Part shown: positions 15,463 through 29,296 of the stretch, one piece after another
How the letters are laid out: each line of letters begins with the position of its first letter
Numbering within the stretch: the stretch's first letter is position 1
From: Chrysomallon squamiferum
Taxonomy: Eukaryota > Animalia > Mollusca
Length of the DNA stretch: 64,000 bases
Direction of reading: 5' to 3'
NCBI GenBank assembly: GCA_012295275.1
Contig: CM022665.1
Coordinates: forward strand, 45,322,001 to 45,386,000
Position numbers and translations under genes: made by a program
Notes under the pieces: generated by a model
The model's database searches: none
Seen by the model: only the letters and a program-made list of their open reading frames with translations
Told to the model about the DNA's origin: nothing

Positions 15463-16839
15463 CACACAGAGACACACACACAGAAGGGTTTGTTGCTGCT
15501 TGATTCTTGATCCTCAGATAAAAATTAAAATAAAATTAAAATGTTGGCACATGAACAAAAAGCCTACACATTTTGAATATTTTTGAATGACATATTTTAA
15601 CTAAACTTGAAACCAACCATTGATAATAATAATAATAAAAAAAAAATAAAAAAAAATGCATGACATGTGAATTTTTTTTTTTTTTTTTTTTTTTTATTCT
15701 TGTGTCCCACAGTCTGAGAATATGGCTGCACTGCAGTTATTTATTCAGTTTATGAGGAATTTTTTGTCATATTGAAATAATGAAGTCGTTAAAAAAAAAA
15801 AAAAAAAAAAAAAGGATAGCCTAGACCTTATTATATTAATTATAATACTTAACTGTTAGTCAATATTTGGGGTTTAGAAGTTTTTTACTAAAAAATATTA
15901 ATGTTATTTGTTCATACCTCCTTTAATGATGGATGATTTTGCTTCTACTTTAATAGCTGGAATTCATCATTAAACAAAATAATATTTTATAAATTTAAAA
16001 AAATAATAATAATAATAAAAATAAAAATGTTAATAAGATACTTAATTGTATTGTGTTATCTCTCCAAACAGACAAAAACATTTTTTTTTTTTGGATTGCT
16101 TAAAGCACTTTTCTTTGCCCAAGGCAAGCACAGCTTTGTGAAGTTCACTTTAAGGTCACTCGACGTTTAAGATAAAAATTATGCTTTGGTTATACTTCCA
16201 AAGTTCAGCCAATGTAGACACAAACAAAGTAAATTATTTAAAATGTATATATATATATATCTTTTTTTTTAATTATTCAGCTATTCAAAAGGTTTTCTCG
16301 TTTATATTTTTTTTTAATGTAAAAAAATACAACTTTTTTCCATTAAATATTAAAATAAATCAGTAGATGACAGAGATTAATTATCCTTGATATGTAGTGC
16401 AACATGAAGAAACAGATTAAAGTATAAATAAACACATAATGATAAGTTTTAAATTTTTGTTAACCAGGTAAATTAGTGAACTTAATATAATATAAGAAAA
16501 AGGATTTTTATGTTTTTTTTAGATTATCATTGTATGATGATGACAGTCCAATAATAATCATCAAATAATGATTGAAATTAATATATTAAAATAAATCATC
16601 ACCCAACAAAAAAAAAAAAAAAAAAAAAATAATAATAATAATAATAATAGTGCGCATGTGCTTGTAATTTGCTTTTATTTCACAAATGAAAATTAGGCAT
16701 TTAATTGTACTTGTAAAAACAACAGAAATAACAATAACAATAATAATAATAATAAAAATAATAATATAAAATAAAAATTTGATCTGCTTTTAGCGGTTTA
16801 TTTTATCCAAGAAGATAAATCTAATAGATTGAATATATG

Positions 16840-16871
<32 letters not shown>

Positions 16872-17733
16872 AAATAAAAATAAAAATAAAAATAAAATAA
16901 ATAAAAATAAATAAAATAAAATAAAAGAAGGTGAAAACGTAATCCCTTCTTATGTTTATGTAATTTAATAATAGTAACAACTAACTGTGGTTAAAATACA
17001 CAAATAAATAATTGATCCTAGTAACAAACTGAGAAAAGAGTGTGCAGACACGATTTATTTCAAAATGTCTGGATTATCAAAACAGTCTGAAAACAGTGAC
17101 AGCTGTAAATTTTTCAAATAATTTTATAAATGTAACAGTATTTATTACTCAGTGTCCAAAAAAAAATTATTTTAAATTGTGTTTATACATTTGTGATTAT
17201 GTAAGAATGTCTGTGTGTGTGTGTGTGTGTTTTTGTGTGCATGCATGCATGCATGTCTACTTGAAAAAGTGAGAGAGAGAGGTTTTTTAGGAGCTTATTA
17301 CAAAAAAAATATAACTATGTAAAAATAATAAGAAGAAGAAGAACAACAACAAAACAGTAGTAAGCCAAATGATTAAAAATTATTTCTGATGATTACAATT
17401 AATAAGAGTTTATATGATATTCATTCCAAAGTGCCATGTCAAACAAAATAAAGGTCTAATGACTATTTAAACAGAAATACTTTGTGCCATCTGTACAGCA
17501 CAAGCCATAACTACATGGTTCTGTTTTTGTGTGAGATTCAACTAGTTACAGAATCAGTGTCTGACCATTGTAATTTGTGTTAGTACCTATCATGTTATAT
17601 AAAACAACTGAAAATCTTCAAATGTTTGGGATAAACAGGAAATATTGGTACTGGTAGTATCTAACAAAATCCTAAAAGAATCTAAATACATTTGGGAATA
17701 AAAATAAACACATAATACTACTACTGCTGCTGC

Positions 17734-17793
<60 letters not shown>

Positions 17794-18181
17794 AAGGTTT
17801 AAAATAAATGTCAAACTGACAAGTCAACGACACAAACTGAGTCAGTGACTGAGTGTCTTAAAATAAACTGATTACAAATTTAGTATTTTTAAACCGATTT
17901 CGCTAACATTATGTAATCATAGTCTTACTTCCCCATTCCTTAGCTGCATTGAGTGCTTTCGCTGAGACATCTTCCAAAGCTTGTTTAATTTCAAGTTCAT
18001 TTTCAGATGGAACCTTTTCTTCGGTATCCTGTTGTTTATTTTCCGTTTTTGATGTGTCGGGTACTGGACATTCTTTTCCTTCATTTTTCTCTAATTCTTT
18101 GTTTTCTTTACCATCTTCTTGTGGCATATCCTGATCACCCTTTTCGCCGACGCCAAGCCAACTTGTCACTGAACTAAACAT
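11661..18181 (-). CDS. SYAP1: Synapse-associated protein 1 (BSD-domain protein, Sap47 homolog); first six coding exons, C-terminus not found in window
   Basis: Exons 18181-17929, 14761-14679, 13691-13545, 12892-12753, 12254-12163, 11726-11661, all GT-AG and phase-consistent. They give ...[43 protein letters not shown]...[30 protein letters not shown], matching vertebrate SYAP1 and the BSD FWxxYF motif. Confidence 0.93.
11956..12155. repeat. (TG)n microsatellite abutting the SYAP1 exon 5 donor
   Basis: About 200 bp of imperfect TG repeat. Confidence 0.95.
13690..14060. repeat. Degenerate ~85-bp tandem repeat, ~4 copies, next to the SYAP1 exon 3 acceptor
   Basis: Recurring TATCTGCTTACAAAATTTTCTGTAATATTTTGG. 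Confidence 0.75.
15368..15458. repeat. (CT)n microsatellite
   Basis: Pure CT run of ~90 bp. Confidence 0.95.
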
Positions 18182-18460
18182 TGCGCAAATTATGTAATAA
18201 GATGTAGAAATTATAAAAGTTTACAAAGTCAGGGTTATTTCTGTTTTGCTGACTGACGATTTACACCTTGCAAAAAACATAAACACTTGTCACGTGATGT
18301 TATCACCAGAAATTGTCTTTAAATATAGATTTTTTAAAATTTTCATGTTTGATCAATCAGAATTAAAACCACAGAGCAGCTGACATAATTTAATATGTAT
18401 TTTAATTTTTAATTAGGAAAACACGTATTTACGATAACTATTGGCGAGACTTAAAACAAC
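18182..18460. promoter_or_regulatory. Bidirectional promoter shared by SYAP1 and PSMG1
   Basis: Only 279 bp between the divergent ATGs. Extended E-box GTCACGTGAT at 18289-18298; CpGs locally retained. Confidence 0.75.
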
Positions 18461-21400
18461 ATGGCGACGTTCTTTGGTGAAATTTTGCCCGTGTCATCAC
18501 GAGCTTTCGAAGACGATGACGATGAGGAAGAAGACATTAATAATTCAAGGTTCATCATATCCTTCCAATAAAATTACTAGATATGGGCAAGAATATTAAT
18601 TTTATACAGTTATGTATGTGTTTTCGAAGCTCCTATAAAAGTACAAGTATAAATAGTATACAGTATTAATAATTCGAATAGCGAAAAAGGTGGATGCAGT
18701 TTTAAAACGTCTATTATGAGATTATATATCTAAATGCTTCCCAAACATATCCTTCCATTAATAAGTAAAATTTCACTAATGAGTAATGATAATGTAAACA
18801 CATTTTAATTTTGTACTGAAACAATATTTTAATCAGAAAGAAACGTAAGTAAAGCATAGTTACCCATACAGTATTACTGCACCGTAAAGTCAATAACAAC
18901 ATATATGATTAGAATTGATGGAACAAATTTAAAGGCAAAACAGACAGGTACGCACAGTTCAGGTAATAAATGCAATTAAAAACAATTTTCACAAAAAATA
19001 CACTGTTATGTATTGCAATAATAATTGAAAAAATTTGATATTGTTTTTCATTTGTTTTATGACAGCTCTAGCCTGGTATACCAGCAAAGATAGGGTTAAG
19101 AGCCTAACCCGCGAATAAATAGGTATAATGCGGCCTATACTATAGTACAGAGCATATAATATAATATACTAATACTGTATAGGTATAGTACCGTATACAT
19201 ACTACTGTATATAAATTTGACTTTTTAACATTAAAAACAATAGTTTATTTACCCTAGTTTTTATTTCTACTTTGGTTTGGTTAAATCATTGCTCATCAGA
19301 CTCTTGGTTTTCTTTAAAATAAGATTACTGAATTTACTCTGATCTAAATCGGTCATAACATTAATAACTGATATTTAATATTAACAAAATATATTTTTTA
19401 TTTCAGATCAATCGTTTTTTGGTCAAAGGCTGCTGAGAAAGAAAAAGCTAATACACCTAGTGGGAAAATATCCAAAATAAGTACTCTAATAATAGCAGTT
19501 GGTGCAGCTGCTAATGGTGAGTTTTCATTCATACAGTGATTCTAAACAGCAGCCAGTAAGAGTAAAAAGTCAACAACCACTGGTCACCACTGGTACATGG
19601 TGTGTTACCTGTTTTCACAAATTAGTATAAAAATTAGAAAATGCATTTTATTTTTTTTTTATGTATAAATTAAATATATAGTGGAATTTATTGATCTTGT
19701 CACAGGTCGATCTTTCCACAGGTGAAATCACTGTGCAGTTTATCATGTAAGTTGTTTACCTTTTGAAACAAAAATTCTGACTGATGATCACAGCTGAGCT
19801 TTTTTCTTTGATTTATACATGTTAATACGTTTTAATGATACAGTCATTTTAAACAGCATCTACCTGCACATAAAATGTATGGTGATTTCGAATGTAACAA
19901 GATTGCCTGTGTGAGATTGACAGGCACAATATTGTTCAGAAAACATATATACACAGTCGCATTAAAGCTGTTACCAAAAAACAGTGGTCTATCAGTCAAC
20001 CACTTGATGTATGTTTATAACCATTTAAAAATGCTTCTGGAATGTCTGTCTCAGTTGAGCAAGCAATAGAAATATCAGGGCTATTTGTTGGAGGTAGTAC
20101 ATAGATGTAATTGCAGTAACAACATTTTTGTAAGTACCAAAGTTGTTTATCAGCTTTTCTTCCATGTCTGCAGATGTTTGCCAAAAATTTTATGCTGTCA
20201 GAATAGCCATAGATTTAATAGACTTTTCCTTTCACATCCTTTAAACAAGAATATTTTTGTAAGAGAGAAGAACAAAAAAAAAAAAAAAAAAAGAAAAAAC
20301 CCCACCCACACTTTATTGCAGACATACATTCTTTGATTATTGATGGTAAAAAAAAAAAAAAAAAAAAAAAAATATTTGTGTATTTTTTGTGGAATGAAAA
20401 TAATATAAAATTAAATTAAAAATAATTTAAGAATGAAAATAATATAAAATTAAAAAAATGAAAGGTGTCATTATGTTATTTTCAAGGGTTCGTACAGACA
20501 TACATCACGGCAGATAAAACCTTTGAACGAGTTGCTGGTGCCTTTAGTGGAATCTCTGACCAGGCTGTCCAGTGTTTCGACCAGCTAGGGAAAAACGATG
20601 AAACGTGTTACCTGCTTCGCTGTAACGACTTGCCCGGTCTGATGGTTTGTCAGTGTAAAACAGAGGTGAAACCAGACCAGAGTTATTCGTGGGTAACGCA
20701 GGTCAGTCTATTGATGTTGTTTTGTTTTTACAGTAAGAATGTTTCTAATTTTGTTTCCTTTTCAATCTAAATTCTCTAGAGGTTTTGATTTTTGGAAGAA
20801 AAAAAAAGAAAGAAAAAAGATGGTAGACAATTATTATGTGTGCTAAAAAAGGAAATAAAGGGGAAAAAAATCCCCCAGCAAACCATCCCCCAGCTAATTG
20901 TAATAATAGAGTAAAATGGTAATAACATTTTAAGAAGTTCCAAAAAATAATTTTAACTTTGCTTAATGATTTTTATTTTTATTTTATATTACAGATGTAT
21001 TTTGGTACAAATACATTTAATAATAAAAACAAATATAAGTGTTTTGTCATAGTGTTTTATAAAAGGACATTATAACTTTAATTATTTTTATATTTTTCAT
21101 TTTTTTTATTTCCCCAATGATTCTTTATTAATTTACTTCCTTTTCTTTTCCGTGTAGTTGTTTTCAGGTTTAGACCTGCGAGACTGTTACGTCACTGTTC
21201 TCACACAGGCACCCAGCAGCGACTACAAAAGTGACGTGCCAATCTCGGAAATAAAAACACCGTTTCTGCGTGCCTTGAAGACGTCAAAGTATGGAGGAAC
21301 ACCAGTTTGTCCCATCCTCGAACAGCCAAACATGATGACAGGTCTCCCAGCACAGAGTATGTATCACGATCAGTCAGTGCCTTCTTAAGTCATGGGCACT

Positions 21401-23033
21401 CTGGGCTTTTTTTGCCCTTTGACCCTACAGACCCTATAGACATGGATGCTGTGGGTTTGCAGTTAATATATTTTCTGTAGTTGTGTGTGAGGGGGCCTCA
21501 GAGTGTTTTTTTTGTCCTGGGTTGCCTGTAATGATCAGAAGTTGGGGCTTTTTGTACTCGGTTTTTGTCTTAAGCTAGGGCTGTACATTTTTTGAAATTA
21601 GTGTAAATCTCCAGATTGAATTAATCAGGATTTGGTTAGTTTCGAATTATATTTAAATATGATCTGTTAATCACACTTGAAACAGATTTTGTTTTTTTTT
21701 TTTATTTTAATCAGGTATCAAGTGGAAATATAATATTGTTATATCTCTGAATACTATTTAATATTAAGGTTATTTGTATGTATTTTGCAAAACACACACA
21801 CACACAGACACACACTCACATGTATATATATACATATACATACTGTAAGTTGTGAGACACTGGTTGAAAAGACAGTGGAAAGTATATGTTGAAATGCACA
21901 TGTAAATGCATTTAATTTATATATTATAAAAAAATGTATATGTTGTATGCATTAATGTATGTTATTAAAGATATATTAAAGATAATGATTAGTAAAGGGA
22001 ATAAGAAGTATATGTTATGTGTATATACATTTAATTTGTGTGTCTGTGTGTGTTTGAATACCCCCTCTGAAAAAAAAAAAAAAAAAAAATATATATAGGT
22101 TGATTTGTATATGTATTTATTACATTTCATATTATGACATTTTTAATATCTACAATTAATTATCTATTTTTGAATAACGTGATATTTTCTAATATTTTAC
22201 TTTTCAGTTTTAACATACTGTCAGGTACACTCTATCCAAGCTGTTCTGTACGTCTGCTACACTGAATCCATGTTTCTCGATATTCCAACAATAACAGTCT
22301 TCCTACCACTGCTGAAAGCAACACCAATCAAAGATATTCCCTTACAGGTAGACAGCACATGTTGTGTGTATATAGCCTTGTTATTAAGTTTAGCGTACAT
22401 TGTTTAAAGATGGCTATCAATATTTTCAGACAGGTGGTGAAGCATTTAAATATGTCACCCAGCTTGGAACAATTAATTTTATGGGTCAGAGTAAACTGAA
22501 ATATTTTTTTGTTTTTTTTAATTGTTAAGTTTCTAAAAAAAAAAAAAAAAGGAAATTGAAAAAGTAAAGATCAGATAAAAGATATTTATATGATTTTTTA
22601 TCAACTGTTTGTTTGTTAACTTTTAACAGTGAGAAGCATTATTAAATTGTTAGAAGTTGTTAATAGACAAGTTCAGCAGGCTTGTTACTTTAATGGATGG
22701 AATTCATACCCAACCCTTATTGTCCAATCTCTTGTTATTTCCCTTACTTCAAGTCCCTACATGAACAGACTCCATCTTTGCTAAACCTGGCTATCATTAA
22801 TTTTTTTTTTTTAAACACTTAGATAAACGTCGAAATGCAGAGAAACTGAAATTAAATCCTTAAAAATGACAGAAGCACAATCTACAACAGTAGTTTAAAA
22901 AAAATTGAAATTTTGTTTTATAACATGTATAATTATGAGAGATAATTTATAATTGTAGGCTAACCCAAAAGCAAACGCGATGCTGAAGAAGATTGTACAG
23001 CTGCACGAGAATCACAATTCTCTCTACATCTAG
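18461..23033 (+). CDS. PSMG1: Proteasome assembly chaperone 1 (PAC1), 6 coding exons, 275 aa
   Basis: Exons 18461-18549, 19407-19516, 20487-20701, 21158-21356, 22208-22347, 22959-23033, phase-consistent. MATFFGEILPVSSRAFEDDDDEEED...LIIAVG...VCQC...PFLRALKT...CPILEQPNMMTGLPAQILTYCQV...SLYI* matches PSMG1. Confidence 0.93.
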
Positions 23034-23824
23034 TGACGACATGATTTGCATGCTGCAAGTGAAACCACTCAGACTTGAGCAGTAATGAAATGAAAAAATT
23101 CTCAGGGAAGTGTTTTAACACAATCTCTTTAGAAGTGTGAACCAGGAATTCTGAAATGACGTTTTGTTACCACTGTGGTGGGTTTGATAAACATGTAGAA
23201 GAAAATGTGTTGGTACTTGCCAAAAAACAAAAAACATGGATAGTCTGGCTAGGTTCTGCACCTGGATCTGCAAAAAAAAAAATCCACACAAAAGAAATTA
23301 AAAAAAAAAAAAAAAATTAAAAATGTTTTTTCACTGGCCCAGTTAGAGTACCAGTTGTGAAAAAGAGGGACTTATAGGACTGAAAGACTCCTCAGGTAAC
23401 AAAAAAAGAAGTCGTGGAAGCCAGATTTTGAAACAGTTACTGTTCAATTTAAGCTGCATTTATTTTTATGATGACCTGACATCATGTTTTACCTCTGTGA
23501 TTATGTGTTGTTCGTCCAGAGATACAAACCAAAAAAAACAAACAAAAATCCATGGATTTGTAAAATGTTTTTATTCTGCATTTCAAATGCTAATAATTTT
23601 CTGTGGATGTAAAATGTCAACAAATACTGGTAATTGTGCACAGTGCAAAAACTGTTTTAGTGTATTTTTTTTTTTTTTTACACACATTTTGTTAAATAAA
23701 ATTCTTAAGTTTACAGTGTTATATTTATCATAAAATTACCTTTATTTCAGGTTAAAATAACTGAATAATAATTTTGAATTAAAATAAATAATGTTTGCAA
23801 ATGTTTTTTAGTTGTGTTAATTTT

Positions 23825-23866
<42 letters not shown>

Positions 23867-24179
23867 AAAGAAAAGAAAAGAAAGAAAAATCAGCATTTAA
23901 ACTCAAAAAGATTATACATATATACAGAAATTTTAAGATATTTCATAAAAATTATTTTGGTTAGGTTACATAATACACACAAAAAATGTATATTGGTTGT
24001 GTTTACCAGTTATATTTTGTCAAACATTTATTTTTATTTTTCCAAATATAACTTTTAAGTAATAAAAAAAAATAGAACTTTTCTTTCATGCCAAATCACT
24101 TTCATGTCACTTGTATTTACTAAAGCAAATGTCACTGACAGACTGAGTAAAACTAATTGTTTCAGATTCTAGCTCCAAT

Positions 24180-24213
<34 letters not shown>

Positions 24214-25341
24214 TTTCATGGAATAAAGCATGAAACGAGAGAAAATATTTGTCCATACATCCATATAAATTTTTATTGATACTGTTGACACTTGCTATTA
24301 TTAGCACAAAAAAAAAAACCATATTCAGAACTATACAAATTTTTTTTTCTGACACTAGAGATGGGTAACCAGAGTATATTTATGCAAGTAATTACAAAAT
24401 ATCTGAGATCACATATGTCTGAACACAAATATATTAAAAAATCACACTTACAACTTCATATCAATGTCATTCACACTAAACTTTTCACTAATTGTCAATA
24501 ATTGGAAAAAAAAAAATCTCCTTCCTAAATCTTAGCATTAATCTTCTCGTACTGAGTCAGACAAACTACCATTGAATATAAATTATAATATTAAATTATC
24601 CTTCTGTTACAAACATGTTATATTTATAGAGAAGATCTTTAGTTTTCTACCTGCTCTGCTGTTAAGTTTTCTAAAACAGAACAAGATAGGGACTCACTTT
24701 CTCTCTCTCTCTCTCTATATATATATCTAGATAGAGAGATAGACAGATAGATAAATATTATGAATATTACAGAACTGTAGTTTAATCTGCAAGACAAATC
24801 AGTGTTATGGAAGTAATCTTTTTTATATATATATATAATTAAAGAAAAAAGAAGAAATTTAAAATTAAAAAAATCCAATGAATATTACTTTTTTATTATA
24901 ATTATTATTATTTACAACCTTCTGTGTAGTATGTGGTTATCAAACTGTTGGGCAGCTGACATATAAAACCTCAGATCTGTATGTAGTGACCAATTAGAAA
25001 CTGTGGTTACCTGATACAATAGAGACAATTAAAAAAAATCAAGACATCAACACCAGCCATTTACAGATAGATGTCTGCCCAAAACATAACTGACTACATC
25101 TTTTTTTAATTAGGAATTTAACATTTGTTTAATGTAAGTTTAAATTTGAAACATTTAAGTATATTCTGTTTTCTTACTGTCTATAAGACTTATTGATGTT
25201 TAGTGGATGATCCAGTTTTGAATGTTAATAATAGTAAGAGTTCTGAAATTGCATTTTTCATTAAAAACTAAAATTTGTGGTCAAACAAATCATAAAGTGC
25301 TTAATAATATTTACAGTATCTTTTACAGCACACATTCAAAA

Positions 25342-25372
<31 letters not shown>

Positions 25373-25854
25373 AGTAATAATAAAAAAAACATAAAAATAA
25401 AAAAAAAAAAAAAAATAAAATAAATAAATTAAAAAACAATTGAAATAAAAATCCCATCCATAAAACGAATTAGAGAAAAAAACCACATGTACATTTGTAA
25501 GACACACCATTACTAATGTTAATTTACAAATTACTACAAACAAAAACATACAAACACACAGTTACTCTGAATTGTTTTTTAATGTCAGGAGAGTCGTAAA
25601 GCACCCAGTTTGATTTGCTCAATGAACCTTTTTAAAAGCAGGGACTTAGTCCAAGACACTGGATTTTTTATTTTCTTTCACACATTGTCTTTCACATATT
25701 ACGCATGAAAAAAAAAGAAGAAAAATCATCAAAACTCATTTATATTTGAAAATATGCTGGATGTATCAGCTTCCACACCCGAAAAAATAATAAGTACACA
25801 TTTAAAAAAATAAAATCTTTATAATGTATCTTTTGACATCAACAGAAAAAGTTA

Positions 25855-26190
25855 AGATGAAATCCCAGAAGTACATTAACAGTCTGTATTAACAGAATAA
25901 TTAGGACAAAATCCCAGATGTATGTTAACAGTATAATTAATCCAAAATCCCAGATCCTATATTAACAATCTGCATTAACAGAATAATTAACACAAAATCC
26001 CAGATGTATATTAACAGTACAATTAATCCCAAATCCCCAGATAATATATTAACAATCTGCATTAACAGAATAATTAACACAAAATCCCAGATGTATATTA
26101 ACAGTACACTTAAATCCCAAATCCCCGGATGCATATTAACAAAACTTGCATTACACAGAAGAACAACTAAGACAAAATCCCGTGTTGAAC
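25855..26190. repeat. ~86-bp tandem repeat just downstream of the ZMPSTE24 stop (probable 3' UTR)
   Basis: Recurring AAATCCCAGATGTATATTAACAG...ATCTGCATTAACAGAATAATTAAC, 3-4 copies. Confidence 0.8.
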
Positions 26191-26249
26191 GTCTACATCA
26201 ACCGATGCTTATATAACGGAGACCAAAAAAACCAACATAAAATGCATCA

Positions 26250-26911
26250 CTATTCAGTTTTCTCCAGTGCTTTCAGCCTCTCTAGGAGGGGTGGGTGGGA
26301 GTAGTGCCAGGATGAAAAGAGCCAGTCGGAGAGAGGGAAACCCAAGTTGTCTTTGTTCAGTTTTATTAAAGCTGATTTGAGGGCTTCGGCGCGGTGCATC
26401 GTCTTAGCGAATCCGTCGGCTTGAAACTCGAACATTCGACTCAGACGCGTCATGAAGAACGACAGTATCTAGGGAAAAAATAAATAAATAAATAAATAAA
26501 AGGTTTAAATAAATAAATAAATAAATAAATAAAATAAATAAATTAAATAAATAAAATAAATTTAAATTAGGTTTAAATTAAAATTAAATAAATTAAAAAA
26601 AAAAAATAAATTAAAAAAATTAAATAAATAAATTAAATAAAAAATAACAGGTTGAATAAAATTAACTAAATGAAAAAAAAAAAAAAAAAAAAGGAAAAAA
26701 TTGTATTGAAAAAATGAAATATTTTAAAAATAAGTAAATGAATATGATGCAAAGGAAAATTAAAAAAAAAAAAATGAACCAAATGTGTATGTAATTAATC
26801 AGCCAAAAAGAATTCATTGAACTGACAATGAAAAACAAAATAAGAATTAATATAAAACATCTTACTTAAATAAATCAATAAATAAAATAAATATTACTAT
26901 TATTATTATTA

Positions 26912-26945
<34 letters not shown>

Positions 26946-28281
26946 CTATCATCATCATCATTGTTATTATTATAAAAATCTAAAGACACACAAAAGATAC
27001 CTCATTGTATGGTGAGAAGATGAACTGGAATATGATAAGAAGACCAATCAATGTGGGCTGTGTGGTGAAGCCGAACGCTGTGAACAGTTCTCTTCGGCTG
27101 ATGAGGAACGCGAACACCATGAAACACAGGAACATGTTCACCTGAAACAGCAGTGATAAAAACAAGCAATGAAATAATTGAGAAGACAACACCAACATGT
27201 TCTATATGAAACTATCTATCTCTAAAAACAAGCAATGAAACAAAAGAATGAAACACAGGAACATGTTCACCTGAAACAGCAGAGATAAAACAAGCAATGA
27301 AACAAGAGAGAGACAACACACCAACATGTTCAGAGAAACACAGGAAGATGTTCACCTGAAGCAGCAGTATATTTTCTCAAAGATCAATGAAGTAAAGAAA
27401 AGAAGCTTTACAACACAGGAACATGTTTGTTTTGAACAGATGATATTTCATCTTAAGAAAACAATTGGTCAAACAAGAGTGCCTGAAATTTTTAAAAATG
27501 TTCATCTCAATCAGCAGTTAAAAAACAAGCAATGAAACAAGAGAACACCAAAAAAAAACAAGGAACATGTTCACATGAAAAGTAACTAAAAAAATGAGAG
27601 GAATGAAAAAGAGAAAAAACACCAACATGTTGATCCCTAATCTGAAATTAAGAGATAAAAAAAGCAATGAAACAAGATGTCTTTACAGTTTTTGGAACAT
27701 GCATCCATCCACTTTATTTCATGAATATTTAAAAAAAAAACAACCAAAATTAAAAAAAAAAAAAATAATAAAAAAAATATCTCTGGTATAAGCTGTATTT
27801 GTAATACAAACGGAATTTTCATTTGCACAATTAGATCCTATTTTCAGATTACATCTATATATTCCAAAAAATATCAAGAAGAAAAACCTCAAATTCTGAA
27901 GCATTTGAGATTATAACGTGGTCCCCTCCCCCCAAACCACCCACCCTCCCACAACCTTTATTAAATAATTAAGATTAAATTACATCAGCCTCACCTGAGC
28001 GATAAAGAGGTTTTTGAGGTTGTGGCTGAGGTACCAGTGCCCCAGCTCATGACACAGGACAGCGAGGACCTCACTGTCGTTACACCCAGTCTTCCTCTTC
28101 TCGTTCTTCTTGTCTCCTGCTGCCTCGTCTCCGGCTGGCTGAAGTTACAAACATCGTTTTCAAATTAACATTTCTGTCATCTCGGGTAAGGAGAAGGTGG
28201 TAATGGTTTTATAGTTTGGTGAGAATTGTTTTTAGTAACAGAGGCAGAATGAAAAAATAAATAAATAAATAAATAAATAAA

Positions 28282-28363
<82 letters not shown>

Positions 28364-29264
28364 TTTAAAAATAAACAAAATAGTTAATGTCTTATAAAAT
28401 TGGAATGAACAAAAAAATTATATATATATATATATATCTAAAGAAATAAAAAAAAAAAAATTTTGCAACAACGAGTCTAAAAAAAAGTCATAAACTGATT
28501 TTCTGTAAAAAAATATCTAGACATTTTCTCAATTTGACGTCAACTTGATTCAAACACAATTAACTACACTTAGCTTCTGTTTTGTCTGACTTTCTCGAAT
28601 GGAGAGAGAAAAAAAAAAAAAGAATATGCTACTAAAAATATTTTTTACTTTAATGATAACAATACCTTGGTCTCAGTTTCTGCTTCTTTTTCGTCTCCCT
28701 CGCTTTTTGCAGCTGCTTTTTTCTCGTCCTCCCCGGCATCCATTTTCTTTTTCTCTTCCTCGGCGGCGGCCATTTTCTTTTTCTCTTCCTGCGGCGGCCA
28801 TTTTCTTTTTCTCTTCCTCGGCGGCGGCCATTTTCTTTCTTTCTTCCTCAGACACGTAGCCTTCTAGCAGAGTGTCAAAGAGAACAATTCTTTTGTTCTT
28901 GAAGAACCCGTAGAAGTAAGCATTGCTGTGGGATGATCTTTTGGAACCTGCAGTAATATGGTAATTTCATTTTGTTTAAAAAAAAAAAAAAAGAACTGTG
29001 CTATACTTTTGTTTGTCTTTTTCTTTTCAAACTGCAGGTCCTGTGTTTGTACATAAGCATTTTGTGAATTTTTAAAATATCTATTATAAACTTTATTTTT
29101 ACATCAGTTTTAGATTGTGGGAATATTTATGTAATGTTTTGTGAATTACACAGTTACAGTGGATAATGAATATTATAATTTCTGTTAAAACAATTTTTTA
29201 AAATAATAATGAAATATATATATATACACACATGTATGTATATATGTTTGTATGTGTGTATGTG

Positions 29265-29296
<32 letters not shown>

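Noticed and set aside
18557-18564. ATATCCTT resembling a U12 AT-AC donor after PSMG1 exon 1
   Set aside because: No in-frame AC acceptor or U12 branch site near exon 2; the GT at 18550 joins the AG at 19406 in the correct phase.
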